Shown here one piece after another: positions 25,008 to 38,744 of a stretch of 64,000 nucleotides of DNA. A model generated the notes under the pieces. That model was not told where the DNA came from. It did not search any database and saw only the letters and a program-made list of their open reading frames with translations. The translations under genes were made by a program, and so were the position numbers. Each line of letters opens with the position of its first letter. The first letter of the stretch is position 1. The stretch comes from Lytechinus pictus (Eukaryota), in assembly GCF_037042905.1 (NCBI RefSeq), contig NC_087246.1, forward strand, positions 3,536,001 to 3,600,000, read 5' to 3'.

Positions 25008-28000
25008 TCTAAGGTCGTAGGTCACTTGGACTCATTCTCCAACACACAGATTAGAAGCAATGTTTATCTACAATGCAGTTGTGTGTTTCTAGTTTCATTT
25101 TATCATACTAATCAACTTGCTTTACCTCCTTTCTCTGTAAACTGCACAGATTCGATTTTAAAAATTGTCACTAACTCTTGAAAGAAATATTGGGTAATGG
25201 TTACTTCTTGAAACAAATATAGAATTGTACTTGTTCAGGATGAACACACAAGACATTGAAATAATTTATTACTCGTGTTGTGTGGAGATATTTTAGTTGT
25301 AGAAACTGCATAAATTAATAAGTTGTCCAAAAAGCACATATTTATAACAAGGAAGGAAAAAAGACCATCTTTGCATTGTAGTTACCAAATGGTTAATAGA
25401 AATCTATGATTGTGAAATATATACACTTTAAAATGTAATGTGTACCTATATTGTGTAAGATATTGTAATTTTTTGAGCTTCGTATAATGCATTAGGCAAA
25501 GAAAAACAAAATTTGAAGAAAAAAAATACAAAAAAAGGAGAAAAAATATGAATGTGTATATATTTAGTCATTCTTATTAATCAATTGTTTCAAATGTGTG
25601 TTCCGTTTGATACTTGCTATGTCACTAGTTTTTATTGGCTGGATTAGATATATACAAATGCATAAGAGACATTCTCTCTCTCTTTTTTTTTAATTGTGGC
25701 ACTATGTGATGTATGATGATGTAGTTTTTTTTTCTGCTGTAAGTATTTTCTAGTTGTGGGTTTCGAAAGTGCCATCAGAACGATGAGGCTACATCAAGAA
25801 CCTCCAAATACATGGAAAGTAAAATAGAAAAATGTTATTTGAAAAGAAAAGTCTGATGCACTATTCCAGCAAGAAGTGATATCTGAATAATTTAATGTGG
25901 AGTGAGAGCTTTATTTGGTTCCAAAATACTTTGTAATCCCTTGCTTTCCTCAGTTCTTATTCATTCCCCCATCAACCCTATTATTTGTTTTGTTTATACA
26001 GTGCAAAAAAAAAATGGTTTTGTGAATATTATGAAAATTTTTAATGAATCTGGTTGATATTTTGAGTTTATTTCTTTGCTTTTTCCTGTGAAGTAAGCCT
26101 ATGCGATCCATATCACTTATTTTCTATGTCACTTTCTATTGTTTTTGGTACCCAATGTATTTTTTTCAATAGTTGATAATTTATTTTTAAAGGGGTGCAT
26201 TTTTAGAGTATGAAGGCTCGAGAGGATGACTGTCTAGGTGTCTCTTTGACAGTGTTAAGTATGATAAGAGATGTATAGAAGTGATCCGTAGAATGCCATC
26301 TTTTATCTATACGTGGTTGAAACAAATGGAAGTTGTATGTACAATGATGGCCATTACACAGGGCTGACTTCAGATTGATGAAGACACATTTTGGGGCTCA
26401 ATTGTCATAGGATGTGGAGGCAGCTTCTACCAATTCTGCCTTGATTTAAAAGAGACTCTGTACTTACCAACAAGAAGAACATCGCAGAGGGACAATCAAT
26501 TCCAGGACTAGAATGGCAAAACCCAAGTCAGGCCTGGAGGGGGTTAGGGGATATATTGTAAGTTTTCTTGCCCAATATGAAGTGTTTGGGGTTTTCAGAA
26601 TGAATCAGAGTTGGTTTATCAAGGTGTCGTTTGCAGTATGACTTGCAACCACATTACTTTGGTTTGGTCCTTGGATGGTTCTTAAAAGTACAATGGTCAT
26701 CACACGAACTGTATTTCCATTTGACCATGTGTGTGACTGAACATGTAAAGAAATTATTGAATGCAAAATATAAATGCAAATTTGATGTAACTTGAAAGAG
26801 TAATACTTGTTTGGCAATCAACATATGTGTCTAAAAGGACATGTAGTGGGATGGGAATAGCTTGTTTGTGGTGAAAAAAAACTTCAGGAGGAACATTCAT
26901 TTTTCTTATTGTTCTAGAAAATTACAAACTTCAATCGTACTGCAGTTTTCTTTTAAATAAATAAAAAACTGTACACTGTACCCAAGTGTGTTTTAGGGGA
27001 AAATTAGATGTGCTAGTTTGACTTGTGTGAATGTAATGATTGCTGTTAAAAATTGTACTGGTGGTGTTTAAACTTGTTGATATATTTTCTTCTCGTTATG
27101 ATCAATGACATTTGTGTTCTTGATCTTGTTGATATTGAAGATGCTCATAGTTTTACATACATGGATGAAAATTTGCGGAATTCAAGTAATTCTGGTGTAA
27201 ATTCCCTCTTTAGATTTTGATTTTCTCATGTTATTCTGAGACAATCTCTGAAATTTTTTTGAAATCCTTACAAATCCCTGCAGATAGTTAGAATTAACTG
27301 CCATGACATACACCGGCCTATTGACCAGAGACTGACCAGAGCCTTATAACATAAAGCTTAGCTGTTGAGCATGGAATTGATTTCTATGATTTATTGCATT
27401 GGATATTGTATATGATCAATCACAAAAATCAACCCTGCAATGGCATAAAATTAGTTGCTTCTTTGCTTAAATTAAAGGGGGGGGGGATATTGTTAAAACT
27501 ACAATCATATACTTGTAGATTGTTTTAACTTCTTCCTTCCATTCAAAATATGTTTCTCCAAAACAACTCGTTATTTCGAACAATTGATGAAATGGTTAAT
27601 GCAGTTGACTCCCCTTAGCCCTTTACTATAAGTATTGACTACTTATGAAGATGACTGAATGATCATTCCGGAGATGGTTATACCCACCCTCCTATCACCC
27701 CGAGGCTTTGGCCAAGGCTTGATAGAAAGGCGCAGTATGAAAAGTGCTGAGGGAGTGATGATTTCTGTCATCCGAATACAGAGAAATTCTGGTTTATTTC
27801 ATATACTTTGTCCTTTATCACATCACTTGAGACCAAAGAGTTACCGGTATCAATTTTAGGACCATTAGTGCAACTCTAAATCTTGGTTGGTTCACCAAGA
27901 GCTGCACATGCTGTGGGTAAACTGGTTAAGGCATGGCCAGTGCGCTGGTGGCTGCGCATATGTGACCGAGTTGCCAGAGTTAACTCAAGCTGCTAGCTGC

Positions 28001-28950
28001 GTACGTAGCAACACCATTCATGGTCCCGCCCTCAGGGGTTACGCATTCTATTACAGGGTTTGATAGAAAAAATGGAAATTAATCAAAACCCTGAGATGCT
28101 GATAGACCGAGTTGCACTGCGTCACATTATGTAGTTTTGAACAATCAGTGATTACAATCTTAGTATGAGGTACATGAAGGTTGATAATATTGAAACTCTT
28201 TAAAATTGAATGAAAAAAAATCTTTATTGGCTTGGACATCCATCAAAGGGATAAAGTAGACATTCATTTCCATTGTAGACAAATAATTCACTCCTTTTTC
28301 AGATTAGGTGCTTTTATTCATGAAAATTGATAGTTCTAACTGCGTTTTCATTATGTTTCATTTTATATTATGAACAATTAATTCATGATGTTACAAAAAA
28401 TTGAAACTGGGGAAACAAGACAGTTTTGACTACCATTCATATTATTATTCCAGCATGGAATGAAATGGCTGCAATGTTATCATTTCATGTTCTTCAAAAT
28501 CTGATCACTGTCAAATTTATATTTGAAGGTAGACCAGTACATTATTATATAGTTGTATGTATTTCACACTTAAAAAATTGAGGCTAAGTGGATTAAATGT
28601 CCTTATTGTAGTGATTGTTATAGACTTATCCTGTTTGCACATTTAAAGAGTAAGATTGATTGATTGATAAAAACCAACAAATATGTATGTTATGCGTCTA
28701 CACAGTGTCTGCCACATGCTTACAGCACCTGGTTGATGGTAAATTGCTACCACATTAAAATGCAGACATTGATTATAAATGTCTCCCCATAAAAAATGTA
28801 ATCTGAGCATTTCTTTTATTCTGATACTGTGTTTCAAATTGACTGTGTTATCATGGACCTGCAAAGGAGATGGACCTTCATCAGTTAGTAAATAGATTCA
28901 CAATCATGTGACCGTCATTGTCCTCTTAATAAACATTCTCTTCATATTTG
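25008..28950 (+). other. Putative long 3' UTR of the 14-3-3 gene
   Basis: U-rich and largely free of recognisable transposons after the stop; AATAAA at 26956 (overlapping copy at 26960) and 28928. True end unknown. Confidence 0.45.
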
Positions 28951-28979
28951 TCTACTTTGATTCTATGATGGCACTGTAA

Positions 28980-31059
28980 CATAGGCGGATCCAGGGGGGG
29001 GGGCCTGGGGCCCCCCCCCCCCCCACCTATTGGCGGAGCAAAAAAAAAAAAAAAAAAAAGGGGAAAGAAAGAAAATAAAAGAAAAAGAAAGGAAAAGAGG
29101 GGAGAAAAAAAAGGGGAAACATAAGAGGGGGAAGACGAGTGAATAAAATAAGATGAGGGGAAGACTTGGAAAATACTTTTTAAAATATTTCATGTCACTA
29201 TACAGTGTAGAATGTTCGCTCGTGCTTCGCGTTCGCATTGCCTTTTAGGCGATTTATATATCTTGCTCAATATGGAGCTTAAATATCAAGTTTTGAAGTC
29301 AATATACAAAACATATTTACTTCATCTCGGAAATCGAACTTACATTATTTTGTTTTTGATTTACAAATTGATTTTTTTAAAGTGCTCTGTAAAAAAATTG
29401 TTTTATCTCCTGAATATACCCATTTTCTGCTCGCGCTGTGCGCTCGCAAAATTTGATTTGTCAGGTACCTATTATTTTCCTGTATTCCATAAAGTTCTCA
29501 AATATCCTTATTCAGGTCAATTTATCAAAACGTAAGAGCTAGCGCTGCCACGCTCGCATTTTGATTGGTGATATGATATGTATATCTCAGTATTAATTCT
29601 ATAAGAAACTACTTAAAATCCCCATTTAATGACAAAAATTTCGGCTCGCGATTTGCGCTCGCATTGATTATTGAAAATATAATAACTCGTGCATCTTATT
29701 CATAATTACAAAAGTGCTTTAAATGTCCAGTTTTCAGGCCAATAAATTAACAGATTTCGCGCTCTAGGCTTATTAGATTAATAACTAAGATATTGATTTA
29801 ATAATCAAATTGTCCCTTTTTTTGGAATGGAATATCGACAAGTTTCATCTCCCGCTTAGGAAGAGAAATAGGAAGATAGTCATCATTTTCATATGACATA
29901 ATGTTTTTAGAATGTCCCTGTCCTATGTAAAAACTCAAATCCACCTCTCAATTTTCCTACAAAGTGCGTGAAATACAGAGCTTAAATTGACTCTTTTTTC
30001 AGATCGGAATATCAATTATTTTAAGCTCGCGCTTCGTGCTCGCTTGATTGATTTTCATGATGAAAAAAGATATTTAGAATGCCCAGATTCTAGGTCAAAA
30101 TCTGAAACACGCGCACGCATGTTTATTCAGATACGCAGCTTGTTCTCTATTTAAATCATGAGCCTATATATCCAGTTTCAGATCAGAATATCAAAAATTT
30201 TCTGCTCACGCTTTGCGCTCGCATTATTAATGTAGGAAGATACCAAATTATACCAACATTTTTCCATGATTTACAAAACATGAAGAGTGTAGGTTTTAGG
30301 TTTGAAATCTCAATTTTTTCCGCTCGCGCTCGAATCATTGTTTGGTTATATACTTATACCGTTCATGATTACAAAAAGTTCAGAGAACATTCATTTTTTA
30401 GGCCGGAACGTCAGAAAATTTTCAGCTCGTGCTTCGCACTAGTATTATTTAATCATCAAATATGTATCGTTTTAATGGCTAACTGCCAAACGTCCCTTTT
30501 CGACAAGTCCAGAACGCATAAAAATTTCGCAGTAAAAAAACGCATCTTGTTCAGGTTCATAAACATTGTCCAGAATGTTCAATTTTCAGGACAAAATGCA
30601 TGAAATTTCAAAATTTCAAAACTTCACACTCACAATATTTAAATAGGGCTTATGAAATTATTACACATTTATGTTGTTTATAAGAATAAAGCTAAGAAGT
30701 TACTGTTAGGACATGGGCGTATTGCCCCCCCCCAAAAAAAAAAAAAAATAACAAGAAAAAAAAAGAGAAAAAGGAAAAGGGTGAAATATATTATCACTTC
30801 CAAATATGTCAAAATCTATCACGAACTTGGATTTTTGTAATAAAAAGGTCAAAATTTTTGCTTGCTCGCTTCGCTCGCTCTTATTAATTTTACGCAATAT
30901 GCCATATCGAGCCCCCCTCAAAATTTTTGGCCCATTAAGCCACTGGGACAACCCCTTCAAAGAAACAAACAAAAATCAACTTTGAGTGGCCGATAGGGGA
31001 AAATATGGGTGAAAAAAATTTTGGGCCCCCCCTATTGGCGGAGGCTGGATCCGCCCCTG
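28980..31059. mobile_element. 2.1-kb non-autonomous DNA transposon with 6-bp TSD
   Basis: TIRs cataggcggatccag / ctggatccgcccctg; TSD ctgtaa at 28974-28979 and 31060-31065; many internal gctcgcgcttcgcgctcgc-like motifs. Confidence 0.8.
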
Positions 31060-31811
31060 CTGTAAGTTAGCCACAAGTTGGAAGAAGCAGTTTGTGATTT
31101 AACATTGATATTGCACAAATTGTATACGCAGAAGATAATAAATAATTTAAATCATGGAAAATCAATATGTAGTTCTGGTTTACAATAGATAATTTTAGTT
31201 CCATCTGTTTCAATGGAAAAATGCATGCATATTATAGATGCTCTATCATGATTGATTATGATTTATATTCCCATTTTTCCAAGTTTCCCCCAAATTTTCA
31301 GAGATATTTGCACATAGTGTGTAGAGATATTGTATCTCTCAATGTTATTTAGGTCATTATGCTTGTTTAAGTTTTTAGACCAAAAAATGAAACTGTTTTA
31401 TCGCAAAAACTGTCTGCTTCTCAATTTGCTGCTCCAAATCTGAAGTGAGTTGATTGAAAGGCATATTATGAAACAGGCCATCAGAAAAAAATAATCGAGA
31501 CCAGTAAAACTTTTCCTTTGCTTCAAGATCAGATGGTTCCATGATATTTGCTCTGTTGTGAATTCCACACATGAATGGAATCACCAACTTCAACCCTGGA
31601 TATAACACTATTCCCTATCATAAACCTTACCCTAAACCTAAGATAAACCATATTGCAACACTATATCTTAGATGATATAAAGCCTGGAGCAATTGTCTCA
31701 GGAGCAAATGTCACCATTCAGATAAGCCTTGGTCGTCACTATTGTCCAAACACCTGTACTCATTAAGATGCACATAATCAAGTGACAGTGACCATCATTG
31801 ATTCAAAGGAA

Positions 31812-34800
31812 GATAATCGGCCATCTCTTTGTAGATCCATGGTGTTATGGAGTGATTCAATCAATTGCAAGAGGATCGTGATAATCAGCAATCTCTTTGT
31901 AGATCCATGGTGTTATTGAGCGTTGCAATCAATTGCAAGAAGGGTCGTGACAATCAGCCATCTCTTTGTAGATCCATGGTGTTATGGAGTGATGCAATCA
32001 ATTGCAAGAAGGATCATGACATTCAGCCATCTCTTTGTAGATCCATGGTGTTATGGAGCGTTGCAATCAATTACAAGAAGGATCGTGATAATCGGCCATC
32101 TCTTTGTAGATCCATGGTGTTATGGAGCGTTGCAATCAATTGCAAGAAGGATCGTGATTATCAGCCATCTCTTTGTAGATCCATGGTGTTATGGAGTGTT
32201 GCAATCAATTTCAAGAAGGATCGTGATAATCAGCCATCTCTTTGTAGATCCATGGTGTTATGGAGCGTTGCAATCAATTGCAAGAAGGATCGTGACAATC
32301 AGCCATCTCTTTGTAGATCCATGGTGTTATGGAGCGTTGCAATCAATTTCAAGAAGGATCGTGATAATCAGCAATCTCTTTGTAGATCCATGGTGTTATG
32401 GAGCATTGCAATCAATTGCAAGGATCGTGATAATCAGCAATCTCTTTGTAGATCCATGGTGTTATGGAGCATTGCAATCAATTGCAAGGATCGTGAAAAT
32501 CAGCAATCTCTTTGTAGATCCATGGTGTTATGGAGCGTTGCAATCAATTGCAAGGATCGTGATAATCAGCCATCTCTTTGTAGATCCATGGTGTTATGGA
32601 GCGTTGCAATCAATTGCAAGGATCGTGATAATCAGCCATCTCTTTGTAGATCCATGGTGTTATGGAGTGTTGCAATCAATTGCAAGGATCGTGATAATCA
32701 GCAATCTCTTTGTAGATCCATGGTGTTATGGAGCGTTGCAATCAATTGCAAGGATCGTGATAATCAGCCATCTCTTTGTAGATCCATGGTGTTATGGAGC
32801 GTTGCAATCAATTGCAAGGATCGTGATAATCAGCCATCTCTTTGTAGATCCATGGTGTTATGGAGTGTTGCAATCAATTGCAAGGATCGTGATAATCAGC
32901 AATCTCTTTGTAGATCCATGGTGTTATGGAGCATTGCAATCAATTGCAAGAAGGATCGTGATTATCAGCCATCTCTTTGTAGATCCATGGTGTTATGGAG
33001 CATTGCAATCAATTGCAAGGATCGTGATAATCAGCCATCTCTTTGTAGATCCATGGTGTTATGGAGCGTTGCAATCAATTGCAAGAAGGATCGTGATTAT
33101 CAGCCATCTCTTTGTAGATCCATGGTGTTATGGAGCATTGCAATCAATTGCAAGGATCGTGATAATCAGCCATCTCTTTGTAGATCCATGGTGTTATGGA
33201 GCATTGCAATCAATTGCAAGGATCGTGATAATCAGCCATCTCTTTGTAGATCCATGGTGTTATGGAGCGTTGCAATCAATTGCAAGGATCGTGATAATCA
33301 GCCTTCTCTTTGTAGATCCATGGTGTTATGGAGCGTTGCAATCAATTGCAAGGATCGTGATAATCAGCCATCTCTTTGTAGATCCATGGTGTTATGGAGT
33401 GTTGCAATCAATTGCAAGGATCGTGATAATCAGCAATCTCTTTGTAGATCCATGGTGTTATGGAGCGTTGCAATCAATTGCAAGGATCGTGATAATCAGC
33501 AATCTCTTTGTAGATCCATGGTGTTATGGAGTGTTGCAATCAATTGCAAGGATCGTGATAATCAGCAATCTCTTTGTAGATCCATGGTGTTATGGAGCGT
33601 TGCAATCAATTGCAAGAAGGATCATGACAATCGGCCATCTCTTTGTAGATCCATGGTGTTATGGAGCGTTGCAATCAATTGCAAGAAGGATCGTGATTAT
33701 CAGCCATCTCTTTGTAGATCCATGGTGTTATGGAGCGTTGCAATCAATTGCAAGAAGGATCGTGATTATCAGCCATCTCTTTGTAGATCCATGGTGTTAT
33801 GGAGCATTGCAATCAATTGCAAGAAGGATCGTGATAATCAGCCATCTCTTTGTAGATCCATGGTGTTATGGAGCGTTGCAATCAATTGCAAGAAGGATCG
33901 TGATAATCAGCCATCTCTTTGTAGATCCATGGTGTTATGGAGCATTGCAATCAATTGCAAGGATCGTGATAATCAGCCATCTCTTTGTAGATCCATGGTG
34001 TTATGGAGCGTTGCAATCAATTGTAAGAAGGATCATGACAATCGGCCATCTCTTTGTAGATCCATGGTGTTATGGAGCGTTGCAATCAATTGCAAGAAGG
34101 ATCGTGATTATCAGCCATCTCTTTGTAGATCCATGGTGTTATGGAGCGTTGCAATCAATTGCAAGAAGGATCGTGATTATCAGCCATCTCTTTGTAGATC
34201 CATGGTGTTATGGAGCATTGCAATCAATTGCAAGAAGGATCGTGATAATCAGCCATCTCTTTGTAGATCCATGGTGTTATGGAGCGTTGCAATCAATTGC
34301 AAGAAGGATCATGACAATCGGCCATCTCTTTGTAGATCCATGGTGTTATGGAGCATTGCAATCCATTGCAATCAATTGCAAGAAGGATCGTGATAATCGG
34401 CCATCTCTTTGTAGATCCATGGTGTTATGGAGCGTTGCAATCAATTGCAGAAGGATCGTGACAATCAGCCATCTCTTTGTAGATCCATGGTGTTATGGAG
34501 CATTGCAATCAATTGCAAGAAGGATCGTGATAATCAGCCATCTCTTTGTAGATCCATGGTGTTATGGAGCGTTGCAATCAATTGCAAGAAGGATCGTGAC
34601 AATCAGCCATATCTTTGTAGATCCATGGTGTTATGGAGCGTTGCAATCAATTGCAAGAAGGATCGTGATAATCAGCCATCTCTTTGTAGATCCATGGTGT
34701 TATGGAGCATTGCAATCAATTGCAAGGATCGTGATAATCAGCCATCTCTTTGTAGATCCATGGTGTTATGGAGCGTTGCAATCAATTGCAAGGATCGTGA

Positions 34801-36190
34801 TAATCAGCCATCTCTTTGTAGATCCATGGTGTTATGGAGCGTTGCAATCAATTGCAAGAAGGATCGTGACAATCAGCCATCTCTTTGTAGATCCATGGTG
34901 TTATGGAGCGTTGCAATCAATTTCAAGAAGGATCGTGATAATCAGCAATCTCTTTGTAGATCCATGGTGTTATGGAGCATTGCAATCAATTGCAAGGATC
35001 GTGATAATCAGCCATCTCTTTGTAGATCCATGGTGTTATGGAGCGTTGCAATCAATTGCAAGGATCGTGATAATCAGCAATCTCTTTGTAGATCCATGGT
35101 GTTATGGAGCATTGCAATCAATTGCAAGGATCGTGATAATCAGCAATCTCTTTGTAGATCCATGGTGTTATGGAGCGTTGCAATCAATTGCAAGGATCGT
35201 GATAATCAGCCATCTCTTTGTAGATCCATGGTGTTATGGAGCGTTGCAATCAATTGCAAGGATCGTGATAATCAGCCATCTCTTTGTAGATCCATGGTGT
35301 TATGGAGTGTTGCAATCAATTGCAAGGATCGTGATAATCAGCAATCTCTTTGTAGATCCATGGTGTTATGGAGCGTTGCAATCAATTGCAAGGATCGTGA
35401 TAATCAGCCATCTCTTTGTAGATCCATGGTGTTATGGAGCGTTGCAATCAATTGCAAGGATCGTGATAATCAGCCATCTCTTTGTAGATCCATGGTGTTA
35501 TGGAGTGTTGCAATCAATTGCAAGGATCGTGATAATCAGCAATCTCTTTGTAGATCCATGGTGTTATGGAGCGTTGCAATCAATTGCAAGGATCGTGATA
35601 ATCAGCCATCTCTTTGTAGATCCATGGTGTTATGGAGCGTTGCAATCAATTGCAAGGATCGTGATAATCAGCCATCTCTTTGTAGATCCATGGTGTTATG
35701 GAGCATTGCAATCAATTGCAAGGATCGTGATAATCAGCCATCTCTTTGTAGATCCATGGTGTTATGGAGTGTTGCAATCAATTGCAAGGATCGTGATAAT
35801 CAGCAATCTCTTTGTAGATCCATGGTGTTATGGAGTGTTGCAATCAATTGCAAGGATCGTGATAATCAGCCATCTCTTTGTAGATCCATGGTGTTATGGA
35901 GCATTGCAATCAATTGCAAGGATCGTGATAATCAGCCATCTCTTTGTAGATCCATGGTGTTATGGAGTGTTGCAATCAATTGCAAGGATCGTGATAATCA
36001 GCAATCTCTTTGTAGATCCATGGTGTTATGGAGTGTTGCAATCAATTGCAAGGATCGTGATAATCAGCAATCTCTTTGTAGATCCATGGTGTTATGGAGC
36101 GTTGCAATCAATTGCAAGAAGGATCGTGATTATCAGCCATCTCTTTGTAGATCCATGGTGTTATGGAGCATTGCAATCAATAATTGCAAG
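31812..36190. repeat. 66/69-bp tandem array (minisatellite), about 65 copies
   Basis: Unit gcaatcaattgcaag(aag)gatcgtgataatcagccatctctttgtagatccatggtgttatggagcgtt; generates the 842-, 1451- and 624-aa ORFs. Confidence 0.98.
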
Positions 36191-37397
36191 GCAGTTTCGG
36201 CTCTTGCAATCAATTGCAAATTTTCTCTCAATTGTTGGTCTACTTTTGAAACAACAAATTCAAATAGATTTGCTGTAATTAAATTGATCTATCGCTTTTA
36301 AATTTGGAAGGGGAATTTACAATTGATAAATTTTTTGCAACATCCAATTCGCATTTAAGATTTATATCAATTTACTCTATTCAGATCGTCTAACATTAAC
36401 TTAAACCACTTGCAGATTATGCAAAACATGTTTTTCTATATGCCTTTTAAGGAAGATTTCCTTGGTCCCAATAGATTTAAGTTTTTAATACGCAAAGTTA
36501 CCTGTAAATAATATATTGTGAGCTTTGTCTAGTGGAATTCCATGCATAAATTAGCGTAATCAATGAACTATGGTATGTGTGACATGCATGTCAAGTCATT
36601 ATCAATACTTAAACAAAGGGACCAAAGATGGTGACCAAAAAAAAAGCGTGTCATAAAGGGGCAATCACACATGATCGCAGGTACTATCTACTTAAAGGAA
36701 TGGTCAACTCAAATAATTTTTTGGCATAAGATTTTATTTCTTTTTCATTGATAAGTATATTCAATTTACAATGATAAACAAAAGAAGAATTAAACACATT
36801 TACAATTTACCTCTTGTACATTCATCCAAGATATATTATGTCATTGCTATTCACAACACATTTAAGACTTCCATTTTGTTTCAGCTCAGAAAAGCCTGGA
36901 CAATCCTGTGTTTAGCGATATAAATTGTTTTTATCCCTAACTTTTCACAATATCCAGGACCATGTAACCTTTAAGAGATGCAATCAATATTTACAATCAA
37001 TTGTAATGTTTGTAACTTCTTTCATATCCCAGGGCCCAGTGATGCTGCGAACTATCTCAATGCAATCAACTATAATTTGATATTATCTTAACTTGTACAG
37101 CTTCCGGTCTTTTAGTCGCCATTACCTTTATTTACTTTGCAAGTTGGCATAGACATAGAATTTCCACCTTGGTGAGGATGAATAGACTTTGCGGTGATAA
37201 TGTTGTAAATACTTTATCATTTCAATTTAATTTTTACTCAATATGGTATCAATACCTCTTAGCACTCGGGCTTCTTTGTCGTAGGTCTGTGATCATTCTT
37301 GCCATTAAAATCATTTCTACAATTGCCCAGGCCCTTTTTCCAAGTATTTTGATCTCAAAACAATATTTGAAAATGGAATATACTGCTTACATATATA

Positions 37398-37967
37398 CCC
37401 GGGGGGGGGGGGGGGGGGGGGGGGCACTCAGTATATAATGCATAGTGGGTATGTGCCGCGGAGGGGACCCCCATTTTTACACTCAAATTTCCGTTCCAAG
37501 GCATAGCATTTTTGTCTTTTTGAGAAAAAAGAACAAAGAAAGCCGCTCCAAGGCATAGCATTTCCTTCTTATCGAGAAAAAAGAAGAAAGAAATCCGTTC
37601 CAAAGCTTCGCATATTTTTCGTTACGCCGTTCCGGTCGCATTGATTTGCTACAAGGAGCTGCAATTTTGGTGAAAAGCGGCCGTAGAGCGCTTTTCGACC
37701 ATCGCCTAAGCGAGAGCGCACCCGGCGGAGGCCGCGCTAGCTGCGTCATGCACGATTGCCCGTTCCATAGGGATGCATACGCACTCACAGAGATACGGAG
37801 ATCCGTTCCGAGGACCCCCGTTTTCACAAACATTTGTAGTTCCGAAGCTCGTTCCGAGGACCCTCCTTTTTACAATAAGCCCCGGATAAGCCCGCTCCAA
37901 GGCCCCCGTTTTTTGCCTCGCCCGCGGCACACCCCTACCACTTTTTTGGTCGAGTGCCCCCCCCGGG
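37398..37967. mobile_element. GC-rich MITE with CCCGGG termini and 8-bp TSD
   Basis: Termini cccg(G)n-cactc / gagtgccccccccggg; TSD catatata at 37390-37397 and 37968-37975. Confidence 0.8.
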
Positions 37968-38465
37968 CATATATACCTTTGTAAAGATCATTAATCAACT
38001 ATACATAATAATTTAATAAAGATATGGTACATCTTATCATACAATATATAACATCTGGGTTCTGATAATGGTGTATAGATTATAAGAATGTACACTTATC
38101 ACAAGATAGGAATTCTTCTATGGTAAAAATCTGCCTTGGGTCACACACAAAACTTCACTTCATTCTGTGGCTGAACTGTGTGAATGGGCCCTTTTATTTG
38201 CCATAGAAATATACCTGTTGCAGCAGACGTAAAACTCAAATACTTTTTTTTCTAGGCAGGACATGTTTTGGCAATATTTGACTTTTTTTTATACCTATAT
38301 GGAAATTTAAAAAAAATGGCAGTAGGTCCATTACAATGTCATAAAAGACCGGGAGTAAAGTTTTTAAATGCTATTCAGGGTTTTGCCTGTCTCGTTTCAT
38401 TTAGTCTGAGGGTTCATTTAGAAAAACATGGGCCCGTTGAAATAATTCTTTTGTTGTTTTATTGT

Positions 38466-38744
38466 AATTGTAATAATACTAATATAGGGTATTTATATTG
38501 CGCACATATCCACCTTGTTAGGTGCTCATGGCGCTCCTATATTACCCGGCTAAGCTAGGCGTTCATAGCGCACACAGCTTTTTTAGGGAATAATTCCTAC
38601 CGGTACCCATTTACCTCACCTGGGTTGAGTGCAGCACACTGTGGATCAGTTTCTTGCTGAAGGAAATTACGCCATGGCAGGGATTCGAACCCACGACCCT
38701 CTGTTTCAAAGTCCGAAGACTAATCCACTGGGCCACAACGCTCC
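38466..38744 (-). mobile_element. tRNA-derived SINE
   Basis: Minus strand: A box tggcccagtgg, B box ggttcgaatcc, central cactcaacccaggtgaggtaaatgggtaccgg, (ATT)n-like tail. Confidence 0.85.

Noticed and set aside
31812..36190. CRISPR array or annotated protein-coding gene
   Set aside because: Units are contiguous with no unique spacers, there are no cas genes and the context is eukaryotic. The long ORFs follow from a stop-free unit whose length is a multiple of 3, so coding status is unsupported.
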